In this document: positions 1 to 7,528 of the stretch, piece after piece
How the letters are laid out: the number at the start of each line of letters is the position of its first letter
Numbering within the stretch: the first letter of the stretch is position 1
Source of the DNA: Candidatus Micrarchaeota archaeon
GTDB lineage: Archaea; Micrarchaeota; Micrarchaeia; Norongarragalinales; SBBD01
Length of the DNA stretch: 10,451 nt
NCBI GenBank assembly: GCA_038046605.1
Contig: JBBSVW010000050.1
Location: 1 to 10,451, forward strand
Direction of reading: 5' to 3'
Notes under the pieces: generated by a model
Seen by the model: only the letters and a program-made list of their open reading frames with translations
The model's database searches: none
What the model was told of the DNA's origin: nothing
Made by a program: the position numbers and the translations under genes

Positions 1-849
1 GTTTGCCATCGCAAAAACAATCGCCTTCTTGCTCATTCCCCTAACCATTTCTCCGCTTACAATATTTGGCGCTGAAACCCCAATGAAAACATCCGCTCCA
101 TTCATCGCATCCTTCAAGGTTCCGGTTATTGCATTTGGGTTAACAGTTTCAGCCAAATCGTTGCGGTATTCATCAGAAAAGCTGCCCATTGCAACAATTC
201 CACTCTTATCGCACAATATTATTTTCTTTGCTCCAGATTCCAAAAGGAGTTTAGTTATAGCAGTTCCAGCTGAACCCACGCCATTTACCACAATTTTGAT
301 TTTGCCCATCTCCTTTTTAGCCAATTTGAGGGCGTTTTTTAGGGCGGCAAGTGTTACGACGGCCGTTCCCCATTGGTCGTCGTGCATGGCCGGAATATCC
401 AATCTTTCCTTGAGCATCCGCTCCACATCAAAGCATCTGGGGGCGGAAATATCCTCCAGATTGATTGCTCCAAAAGAGGGTGAAATATTAACTATTGTTT
501 CGACAATTTCCTCCACATCCTTTGTTTTCAAGCAAATCGGATAAGCATCAATTCCTGCGAATTCCTTGAATAAAACCGCCTTCCCCTCCATGACGGGTAA
601 GGCCGCTTCAGGGCCAATATCCCCCAAACCTAAAACAGCGGTTCCATCGGTTACTATTGCAACAGAATTCCACTTTCCGGTCAAATTGTAAACTTCTTTC
701 CGATCCTTTGCAATCGCCAATGAAGCTTCCGCAACCCCCGGAGTGTATGCAAGGCTCAAATCATCCTTGTCCTTAACCTTCCTCTTCGGCTCCACGGTGA
801 TTTTGCCCCTAAGTTTGCGGTGGTATTCGAGCGCTCTAGAAATCGTCAT
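1..849 (-). CDS. NAD(P)-dependent malic enzyme (MaeB-type N-terminal/NAD-binding domains), 3' end beyond window
   Basis: Manual translation from ATG at 849: [17 protein letters not shown]...[11 protein letters not shown]...[38 protein letters not shown]...[12 protein letters not shown]...HDDQWGTA...NGVGSAG...ADVFIGVS...IVFAMAN. These are standard malic enzyme motifs. The frame is open to base 1. Confidence 0.96.
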   Translation of the reverse strand, partial: MTISRALEYHRKLRGKITVEPKRKVKDKDDLSLAYTPGVAEASLAIAKDRKEVYNLTGKWNSVAIVTDGTAVLGLGDIGPEAALPVMEGKAVLFKEFAGIDAYPICLKTKDVEEIVETIVNISPSFGAINLEDISAPRCFDVERMLKERLDIPAMHDDQWGTAVVTLAALKNALKLAKKEMGKIKIVVNGVGSAGTAITKLLLESGAKKIILCDKSGIVAMGSFSDEYRNDLAETVNPNAITGTLKDAMNGADVFIGVSAPNIVSGEMVRGMSKKAIVFAMAN

Positions 850-936
850 ATTAACCAGACAATTGTTTTATTTATTATATGTTCTATTTGCCAAACTCCC
901 ATTCGGCTATTCTACGACCGCATTTGTTTTATCCGT

Positions 937-1698
937 TCATTCCACAACCTGTTCCCCTTCCTCTTTTGTCCGGATAACGACTTCCTTGATGAACTTTTTC
1001 GCGACCACCGCCAGCTCCACAAGCCTGATTTTCGGAGTGCTTCCGTATTTTCTCAATTTTTCATCCGCCAGTTTCGATTCTGCCACAAACTGCTGCAACG
1101 CATACCTGTCCGCAAAGGGCACTTCCTTCACTATCTTTTCCACAATTTCTTGCGTATCGTTCACATTTGGGATGATGGTCGTCCGGAATTCAATGTGAAA
1201 ATTTGGGTTCTTTGCTTTATGTGCCTTGAGTATCCGAATGCTCCTAAGCGTATCTTGCATCAAAGTTGCCGGCTCGCCCCTAAAGCCGGTAAGTTCTGCG
1301 TATTTGTCAGCATCGAATTCGGTTTTAATGTCCATTGCAACAGCATCCAGGTAGGATAGCAATGACTCCAGCTTATCGGCATAAAATCCAGTTGTCTCCA
1401 GTTTCACCAAATAGCCAGATTCCTTAAGGCTCCTCATTATGGCGGCAATAGCATCAAACTGCTGCAGCGGTTCGCTTCCGGTGAAAACAACCGCTTCCAT
1501 GTTCGCCTTTTGCAAATTAAGGTGCGAAATAAGCGATTCAACTGAAATTTCCGAGCAATCCTCCGGTGCGAGTGCCACTGGGCCGAAGAAGCCGAATTCC
1601 GTGCGCAATCCAGAGCCGCCCAGCACAACTACGCACGCGGCCTTCCCCGGATACGCGCCTTCCACGCCGTTTATTATGCATGCATATTTCAGGTCCAT
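937..1698 (-). CDS. NrdG/PFL-activating-enzyme-like radical SAM-fold protein lacking the CxxxCxxC cysteines (likely catalytically inactive), 253 aa
   Basis: Family-like segments YPGKAACVVVLGG, AVVFTGSEP, VKLETTG, AMDIK, IEFRTTIIP, YALQQF. The cluster motif reads GSGLRTEFG. ATG at 1698 is preceded by GAGGG and overlaps the upstream stop. The longer 1800 start lies well inside the upstream gene. Confidence 0.82.
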   Translation of the reverse strand: MDLKYACIINGVEGAYPGKAACVVVLGGSGLRTEFGFFGPVALAPEDCSEISVESLISHLNLQKANMEAVVFTGSEPLQQFDAIAAIMRSLKESGYLVKLETTGFYADKLESLLSYLDAVAMDIKTEFDADKYAELTGFRGEPATLMQDTLRSIRILKAHKAKNPNFHIEFRTTIIPNVNDTQEIVEKIVKEVPFADRYALQQFVAESKLADEKLRKYGSTPKIRLVELAVVAKKFIKEVVIRTKEEGEQVVE

Positions 1699-2060
1699 GT
1701 CCAACCCTCTAGCATCTGTGTTCCTAAGGATATTCCTGCCCAAACTAGCAGCATGCCAATTAATATGCCAATTAATAATCCAATTATTTGAGCCCGCCAA
1801 CCATCAAAATATTTATAGGGCCCCCTTTCCAACGGGAAATAGATTTTTTTATTCAAAATTGCATATATCCCCAAAACAATATTATTCAAACCAGCAACAA
1901 ATAGCAACAATGGGAACAAAAATATTAAGTATGCAGATTCTGTTGGAGGTTTCAAATTCAAATAAAAAAGTCCATGCATAAAAACCAATAATAAGACATT
2001 AAGAATCAGGATCAAAATAGCTACTTTGCCTATTTTATTCGCTAAATTTTCCAAATTCAT
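1689..2060 (-). CDS. Small hypothetical membrane protein, 123 aa, about 3 TM helices
   Basis: ATG at 2060 preceded by GGAGTGA, 4 bp after the upstream stop. Hydrophobic stretches VAILILILNVLLLVFM, YLIFLFPLLLFVAGLNNIVLGIYAIL and IIGLLIGILIGMLLVWAGISL. It fills the gap between its neighbours exactly. Confidence 0.75.
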   Translation of the reverse strand: MNLENLANKIGKVAILILILNVLLLVFMHGLFYLNLKPPTESAYLIFLFPLLLFVAGLNNIVLGIYAILNKKIYFPLERGPYKYFDGWRAQIIGLLIGILIGMLLVWAGISLGTQMLEGWTWT

Positions 2061-2064
2061 AATA

Positions 2065-2964
2065 TCACTCCAAAATCTCAACGGCGTCAACAATTCCATC
2101 GCCGTCGTCATCAAAGCCCTGCACCACTTTTGCAAGAACAGTGGCATCGTAATTGTTCCCCTTCTCGATTTTATCCCTTTCCTTGAGGAGCGCAAGCACG
2201 GCTGCTCTGGTTCCCTCATGGTCAGATCCTGCCAAAACGAGGATTTTTTTATTCTTGGAGAACGGATTATCCACCAATTCCACTACGCCGTAATTCTCGC
2301 TGTACTTCTTGTTGGATAGTTTGGAATGGAGCTCGAATGTCTTTTCGTGGAAATAGATGGGGAGGTAGTTGTTGATTTCGGAGATTAGCATATTCACCTT
2401 TGGGCCGCCGAAAAGCACCAAATTGTCCTTCTTGTTTTTTTCCTTGAGCTCCGTATCCAGATAATAGAGGGGATAGTCGAATGTCGCAAAATTCCCAAGC
2501 ATCATCGCAAATTCCGTTGCGCAAAACTCAGATGCGCGGGCGCGGAATTTCCCATGCGGATCCGGTGAGCCTAGCACGATTTTCCCATCAAAATGGCTTC
2601 CTGAGATGAAATGCGAAAGGATTGATGGCGGTTTCTTGAATGCGGCAGAAGAGAACGGATGCCAATGCTCTCGGATCACAATGCTAAGCGCTTCCAGGTT
2701 GCAATTGTACTTGCGCGCGATTGCGCCGCGCTGCTCAGAATACCCTTCCAATTCAATGAGCTTTGCTTCCAATAGCTGCTTGAAATGGTAATATAGCGAT
2801 TGCACGGGCATCTTAAGCTCGCGTGCCATCTCCGCCGGGTATTTGGGCTCCTTGGCCAGCGATTTGAGAATGGTAATTCTTTCGGGCGAAAGCAATGAGA
2901 GTTCCCTTTCCCCTACAATTGAGCTTTCCAAACTCTTGTTCTCCAAAACTAATTTAGCCTGCAT
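2065..2964 (-). CDS. Winged-HTH (ArsR-like) transcriptional regulator fused to an S-layer-C-like domain; start 2964 or 2973
   Basis: N-terminal LSPERITILKSLAKEPKYPAEMARELKMPVQSLYYHFKQLLEAKLIE is an ArsR-type HTH pattern. C-terminal NLVLFGGPKVN and ILVLAGSDHEGTRAA resemble the archaeal S-layer C-terminal domain. Terminal DDDGDGIVD loop. Confidence 0.8.
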   Translation of the reverse strand: MQAKLVLENKSLESSIVGERELSLLSPERITILKSLAKEPKYPAEMARELKMPVQSLYYHFKQLLEAKLIELEGYSEQRGAIARKYNCNLEALSIVIREHWHPFSSAAFKKPPSILSHFISGSHFDGKIVLGSPDPHGKFRARASEFCATEFAMMLGNFATFDYPLYYLDTELKEKNKKDNLVLFGGPKVNMLISEINNYLPIYFHEKTFELHSKLSNKKYSENYGVVELVDNPFSKNKKILVLAGSDHEGTRAAVLALLKERDKIEKGNNYDATVLAKVVQGFDDDGDGIVDAVEILE

Positions 2965-2972
2965 ATAAAACA

Positions 2973-2990
2973 TTTAATACTAGTATGAAA
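2973..2990. promoter_or_regulatory. Candidate operator palindrome TTTaATACTAGTATgAAA
   Basis: Perfect 10-bp palindrome ATACTAGTAT at 2977-2986, extending to 18 bp with one mismatched pair, between the divergent regulator and glmS. Confidence 0.45.
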
Positions 2991-3006
2991 AAATTAATAA
3001 ACATAT

Positions 3007-3024
3007 GCAAAATCTTTATATATA
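3007..3024 (+). promoter_or_regulatory. Putative archaeal BRE/TATA promoter for glmS operon (possibly bidirectional)
   Basis: GCAAAATC followed by TTTATATATA (TATA from 3015), about 35-40 bp upstream of the glmS ATG at 3057. Confidence 0.6.
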
Positions 3025-3056
3025 TTGCCAACCTAAACATGATCTCCGTGATATGT

Positions 3057-4841
3057 ATGTGTGGAATAATCGGTTTTGTTTCGAATGAGGATGAGCCTGC
3101 AGGAAGGCTGCTATTTGATGGCCTTCGAAAGGTCGAATATAGGGGCTATGATTCCGCCGGCATGGCAATCCTGAATGGAGATAAGCTGCTTGTGGAAAAG
3201 GAGGTTGGCAAGCTCGACCAATTCGAAAAGCTCGTTGATGTGGATGAACTTTACGGTTCAAGCGGCATCTCCCACACCAGATGGGCAACGCATGGGGGGG
3301 TAACAAAGCTTAATGCCCATCCGCACACTTCCTGCGATGGCAAAATTGCAATCGTTCACAACGGGATAATTGAGAATTACCAGGAGCTGAAAAAGGAGTT
3401 GGTTGCCAAAAAGCACAAATTCACATCCGAAACCGATACGGAGGTAATTGTCCACCTAATTGAGGAAAAAATGAATGGGGGTTTGGGTTTTAGGGAAGCA
3501 TTCCATTCCGCGCTTAGAATGCTCGAAGGCTCATATGGAATTCTTACTATCTCAAGCAAGGAAAAAAACCTCATTTTGGCGGCAAAAAACGAATCGCCCT
3601 TGATTTTAGGAAAGGGAAATGGCAAAATGTTTGCCGCAAGCGATCCGGTTCCCATACTCAAGCACACAAAGGAAGTGATTTACCTTGATGATGGCGAATA
3701 TGCCCAAATAACAAGCAATTCCCATCAAATTTACAATATTTCAACCGGTGCACTTGTGCAAAAGCAAATCTCCAAAATCGAATGGACTGCGCAAAGCTCC
3801 GATAAGGGAATGTTCGACCATTACATGCTAAAGGAGATTTACGAGCAGCCGCAGGCGATGAAGAATTCACTCGAGCAGCCTTATGGTGCAGTTGAAGAAT
3901 TTGCCAAAGCGATCCACGAGGCAAGGGGCGTCATGTTAATTGGCTGTGGAACCGCGCTTCATGCCGCAATGACCGGCCAATACTTATTCGATAAGATTGC
4001 AGGAAAGCATGTGAACGTGATCAATGCCTCTGAATTCCCCTATTTGGAAACCTCACTTGAAAAAAGCTCCCTTGTGATTGCAATTTCCCAAAGCGGTGAA
4101 ACCGCGGATGTTCTGAATGCGATACGCACCATCAAATCAAAAGGCGTGAAGGTTCTTTCGATTGTCAATGCAGTTGGCAGCTCCATTGCCAGGATGAGCG
4201 ACAAGACGATTTACATCAATGTGGGACCGGAAATTGCCGTTGCAAGCACGAAGGCGTTTTTAGGGCAACTGTCCGTCCTCTACCAGATCGCTTTTGCACT
4301 CAAGGGCAACCTTCCTGAAGGCAAAAAGAAGCTCTCGGAAATAACCGTCCTTTCAAAGGTATGCCTTGACATGAATTCGGAGCGCGTAAAGAAACTGGCC
4401 CAAATTCTCAAATCTAAAGAGCACATATATTTCATAGGCCGGGGCGTAAATTACCCAATTGCCCTTGAAGGCGCACTTAAAATGAAGGAAATTTCCTACA
4501 TACATGCGGAAGGGATGGCTGCCGGTGAACTCAAGCACGGAACCCTAGCTCTCATTGAAAAAGGCTCACCTGTGATTGTGCTAAACCCGCACGATGACAT
4601 GTTTCATGCCACGTTGAGCAATGCGATGGAAACAAAAGCGAGGGGGGCGCACATTATTGCGATAAGCAACTCTAAGAATGAGGCTTACGATGAACTTTTA
4701 CAAATTCCGGAATCCGTTAAGGAGTTTTACCCCCTGCTTTCCGTGATCCCAATGCAGCTTCTAGCATATCATCTGGCAGTTTTGAGAGGATACGATCCGG
4801 ATAAACCAAGGAATTTAGCGAAAAGTGTTACAGTTAAATAA
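3057..4841 (+). CDS. glmS: Glutamine--fructose-6-phosphate transaminase (isomerizing), 594 aa
   Basis: Starts MCGIIG with the catalytic N-terminal Cys, which fixes the start at 3057 rather than 2985. Motifs YRGYDSAG, HTRWATHG, HNGIIEN, SETDTEV, SQSGET, ASTKA, EGALKMKE, ELKHG and PRNLAKSVTV. Confidence 0.98.
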   Translation: MCGIIGFVSNEDEPAGRLLFDGLRKVEYRGYDSAGMAILNGDKLLVEKEVGKLDQFEKLVDVDELYGSSGISHTRWATHGGVTKLNAHPHTSCDGKIAIVHNGIIENYQELKKELVAKKHKFTSETDTEVIVHLIEEKMNGGLGFREAFHSALRMLEGSYGILTISSKEKNLILAAKNESPLILGKGNGKMFAASDPVPILKHTKEVIYLDDGEYAQITSNSHQIYNISTGALVQKQISKIEWTAQSSDKGMFDHYMLKEIYEQPQAMKNSLEQPYGAVEEFAKAIHEARGVMLIGCGTALHAAMTGQYLFDKIAGKHVNVINASEFPYLETSLEKSSLVIAISQSGETADVLNAIRTIKSKGVKVLSIVNAVGSSIARMSDKTIYINVGPEIAVASTKAFLGQLSVLYQIAFALKGNLPEGKKKLSEITVLSKVCLDMNSERVKKLAQILKSKEHIYFIGRGVNYPIALEGALKMKEISYIHAEGMAAGELKHGTLALIEKGSPVIVLNPHDDMFHATLSNAMETKARGAHIIAISNSKNEAYDELLQIPESVKEFYPLLSVIPMQLLAYHLAVLRGYDPDKPRNLAKSVTVK

Positions 4842-4874
4842 GAAAATTTGAATTCTAATCTGGCGTGGTAAACA

Positions 4875-5564
4875 ATGACAATTAAACTCATCGCATTCGA
4901 TTTCGATGGTGTAATTCCCCTTGAGGAATCGCCGCAATACCTATTGGAAAAGCTGGGGCTGAAAAAGGAAAACGACGCCCTTTCAGCTGAGTTTTACGCC
5001 GGGCTTGCCGCCGCAAAAACCGATGCGGAGAGGGATTTGGTGCCGGCAAGGGTGTGGGCAAAATCATTTGCACTCTACCAGCGGTTCCCAGTAAGGCGGA
5101 TGAAAAAGGTTATCGAAAGCCTTCCACTTATTCTGGGTTCAAAGGAAACCTTCAATTATTGCAAGGAAAAGGGGATCAAAACGGCGATACTGTCTGCGAC
5201 GATCATCCCATTGCTCAAATGGAATCTCTCGAAACACGATATTGCTCCTGATTTCATTTTTGGTTCGGAGTGCACGATTAAGAATGGAAGGTTCGAAAGG
5301 CTGCTCTTCGTGCTCTCACCCCAAAGTAAAAGGCTTGCCTTGGAAAATCTGCTCCGCCAATCTAAAATCCTCCCTTCCGAATGCCTCGTTGTTGGTGACT
5401 CCTTTTCGGAGGTACCCATGTTCCGGCTTGTAGGCAAGAAAAATTCCATCGCCTTCCACTACCGTCAAGACATCTCAGAGTATTGCGACCATTTGCTATT
5501 CAAGCAAAACGATGCCGATCGAAATCTGAGTAAAATAATTGATGTTGTTGAAAAATTCAAGTGA
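4875..5564 (+). CDS. HAD-superfamily hydrolase, phosphoserine-phosphatase-like (HAD-IB), 229 aa
   Basis: Motif I FDFDGVI, motif II ILSA, motif III Lys in SKR, motif IV VGDSFSE. A cap insertion follows motif I. Confidence 0.85.
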   Translation: MTIKLIAFDFDGVIPLEESPQYLLEKLGLKKENDALSAEFYAGLAAAKTDAERDLVPARVWAKSFALYQRFPVRRMKKVIESLPLILGSKETFNYCKEKGIKTAILSATIIPLLKWNLSKHDIAPDFIFGSECTIKNGRFERLLFVLSPQSKRLALENLLRQSKILPSECLVVGDSFSEVPMFRLVGKKNSIAFHYRQDISEYCDHLLFKQNDADRNLSKIIDVVEKFK

Positions 5565-5570
5565 TGAGCT

Positions 5571-6815
5571 ATGACGAAATTCGATTTTGTTCTATTGGCG
5601 GCAGGGCAAGGAAAACGTTTGCGTCCAATTACGAATAGCTACCCCAAAACCATGGTCCGGATTCTTGATAAGCCCCTGTTGGAGTGGATAGTTGAGGGAA
5701 TTGTAACAAATTTCGGGGATTCCCTTGGCAAAATTATCATTGTAGTGGGTTTTGAGAAGCACAAAATCACCGAATACTTCCAAAAACATAGGCACGCCCA
5801 AAAAATAGTGTTCGTGGAGCAAAAAGAGCAGAAGGGAACGGCTGATGCAGTATTGCAAGCGCAAAAGGTCGCCCAGAGCCCCTTCTTTTTCGTTTTCAAT
5901 GCGGATACCTTCTTTGATCCAAAATTCTTCGAGCTAATAAAAAAGAATGCAGATTCTCGTCCCTTCATAGTCACAAAGCGCGAGGAGGATGCCTCAGCCT
6001 ACGGTGTGGTGGAGGTGGAGGGGGGAAATCTGGTGGGTTTGATTGAAAAGCCAGCAGATGCCAAAAACAAGCTGATTTCAACTGGGACTCTATTCATGCC
6101 AATAACGTTTTTCGATTATTTGAAAAATGTGAAAATCTCAAAACGCAACGAATATGAAATAACGGATGCCCTCTTGGAGTTTGCCAAAAGCCAAAAACTC
6201 CGGGTTCTCGAATTCGATGGTTATTGGACCGATGTTGGCTACTATTGGAACTACCTTTCCGCATCCGAATACGCGCTCCAGAACTTGATGGAATCAAAAA
6301 TAGAAGGGAAGGTGGAGGATTTTGTGGTCGTTAAGGGAAAATTACATGTTGGCAAGGGATCGGTTGTGAAAAGCGGAACATACATCGAGGGGAATGTTTT
6401 CATTGGCGAAAATACCATCGTGGGGCCAAGCGCCTACCTTCGCAAGGGTGTTGTTATCGAGGATAATTGCCACATAGGAAACTCTACCGAAGTAAAGAGC
6501 TCTATAATCATGCACAACTCCAATGCCGCCCACCTCTCCTACATCGGCGATTCGATCATCTGCGAAAACGTGAATTTTGGAGCCGGCACCAAAATCGCCA
6601 ATCTGAAATTTGACCATTCTGCAATTGCTATAAAGCAGGAGGCTGGAAAAGTGGTTTCCGGAAGGGACAAATTGGGCGCTGTTATTGGGAAAAACACCAA
6701 AACCGGAATCAATGTTTCCATAAACTGTGGAATAATGATCGGAGAGAACTGCAAAATCTCTCCTGCCGCATACGTCTATAATAACCTCGAGAACGATGCT
6801 GTTTTCAAAGGTTAG
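5571..6815 (+). CDS. glmU: Archaeal-type bifunctional sugar-1-phosphate nucleotidylyltransferase/acetyltransferase (GlmU), 414 aa
   Basis: LAAGQGKRLRPIT..PK nucleotidyltransferase signature, EQKGTADA, YGVV, IEKP, EYEITD, WTDVG. C-terminal hexapeptide repeats with HLSYIGDS, GAGTKIANL and GRDKLGAVIG. Lies downstream of glmS. Confidence 0.9.
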   Translation: MTKFDFVLLAAGQGKRLRPITNSYPKTMVRILDKPLLEWIVEGIVTNFGDSLGKIIIVVGFEKHKITEYFQKHRHAQKIVFVEQKEQKGTADAVLQAQKVAQSPFFFVFNADTFFDPKFFELIKKNADSRPFIVTKREEDASAYGVVEVEGGNLVGLIEKPADAKNKLISTGTLFMPITFFDYLKNVKISKRNEYEITDALLEFAKSQKLRVLEFDGYWTDVGYYWNYLSASEYALQNLMESKIEGKVEDFVVVKGKLHVGKGSVVKSGTYIEGNVFIGENTIVGPSAYLRKGVVIEDNCHIGNSTEVKSSIIMHNSNAAHLSYIGDSIICENVNFGAGTKIANLKFDHSAIAIKQEAGKVVSGRDKLGAVIGKNTKTGINVSINCGIMIGENCKISPAAYVYNNLENDAVFKG

Positions 6816-6830
6816 GGCGGGTGCAGTTTT

Positions 6831-7457
6831 GTGTTCAAGGATCGTTGTGAAGCAGGAAAATTGCTTTCATGCAAGCTCGAACATTTTCGGGGAAGGAAGG
6901 ATTGCCTCATCCTTGGAATACCCAGGGGCGGGGCAATAATAGCTTCCGAAATCTCCAAATCGCTTGATCTGCCATTTTCCCTCCTGGTTGTCCGCAAACT
7001 ATGCGCGCCAAACAACCCCGAGCTTGCAATCGGAGCAGTTGGGATGGATGGAATGCCTTATTTGGATGAAAGTATTGTGAAATCGGTTGGCGCCTCGGCG
7101 GAATATATTGGATCGGAATGCGAAAAACAATATTCCGAAGTAAAGCGCAGAATGAAAGAGTTCCGGATTGGCAAAACCATTTTGGCAAACAAGACAATTA
7201 TTCTGGTGGATGATGGGATAGCAACCGGCGCAACTGTCATTGCCGCAATCCAAATACTTAGGTCGCAAAAAGTGAATAGGATAGTTCTTGCTGTTCCGGT
7301 TTGCTCGATTGATACATCAATTGAAATGAAACGCTTGGTTGACTTTTTTATCTGCCTAAATCTTCCGGAATCCTTTTCCGCCGTTGGGCAGTTCTATTCG
7401 GATTTTAGGCAGGTTAGTGATCAGGAAGTGAAAGAATTGCTTTTGAAGGGGAAATAA
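6831..7457 (+). CDS. Type I phosphoribosyltransferase of the uncharacterised COG1926-like group, 208 aa (GTG start)
   Basis: FKDRCEAG, GIPRGG, VVRKL, ELAIGAV, PRPP-binding ILVDDGIATGAT, LAVPV and AVGQFYSDFRQVSDQEV. Confidence 0.92.
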   Translation: MFKDRCEAGKLLSCKLEHFRGRKDCLILGIPRGGAIIASEISKSLDLPFSLLVVRKLCAPNNPELAIGAVGMDGMPYLDESIVKSVGASAEYIGSECEKQYSEVKRRMKEFRIGKTILANKTIILVDDGIATGATVIAAIQILRSQKVNRIVLAVPVCSIDTSIEMKRLVDFFICLNLPESFSAVGQFYSDFRQVSDQEVKELLLKGK

Positions 7458-7528
7458 AGTAACTGTTATGGCGGGAGGATATCCAATTAGTGGCGATATA
7501 TTTTCCTCGATACGAAAAATAACTTTCT

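Noticed and set aside
29-544. 171-aa plus-strand ORF
   Set aside because: Antisense shadow of the malic enzyme gene, which carries the conserved motifs.
1591-1614. Selenocysteine recoding or frameshift explaining the missing cysteines
   Set aside because: The codons are TCT, ACG and GGC with no TGA, and family-like residues continue in the same frame on both sides.
743-1981. Plus-strand ORFs 743-1198, 820-1359 and 1439-1981
   Set aside because: They are antisense to well-supported minus-strand genes and show no recognisable motifs.
1699-2219. Long N-terminal extensions of ORFs 937-1800 and 1689-2219
   Set aside because: They overlap upstream genes extensively. Internal ATGs at 1698 and 2060 have SD-like sequences and fit the operon packing.
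2985-3056. 24-aa N-terminal extension of GlmS
   Set aside because: GlmS needs Cys at the mature N-terminus, and this stretch contains the TATA box.
2965-3056. glmS ribozyme/riboswitch upstream of glmS
   Set aside because: The region is only about 90 bp, AT-rich, occupied by promoter elements and lacks the multi-stem structure.
7458-7528. Bidirectional terminator between PRT and uppS
   Set aside because: Only short T/A runs and a weak TTTTC...GAAAA pairing are present, not enough to call.
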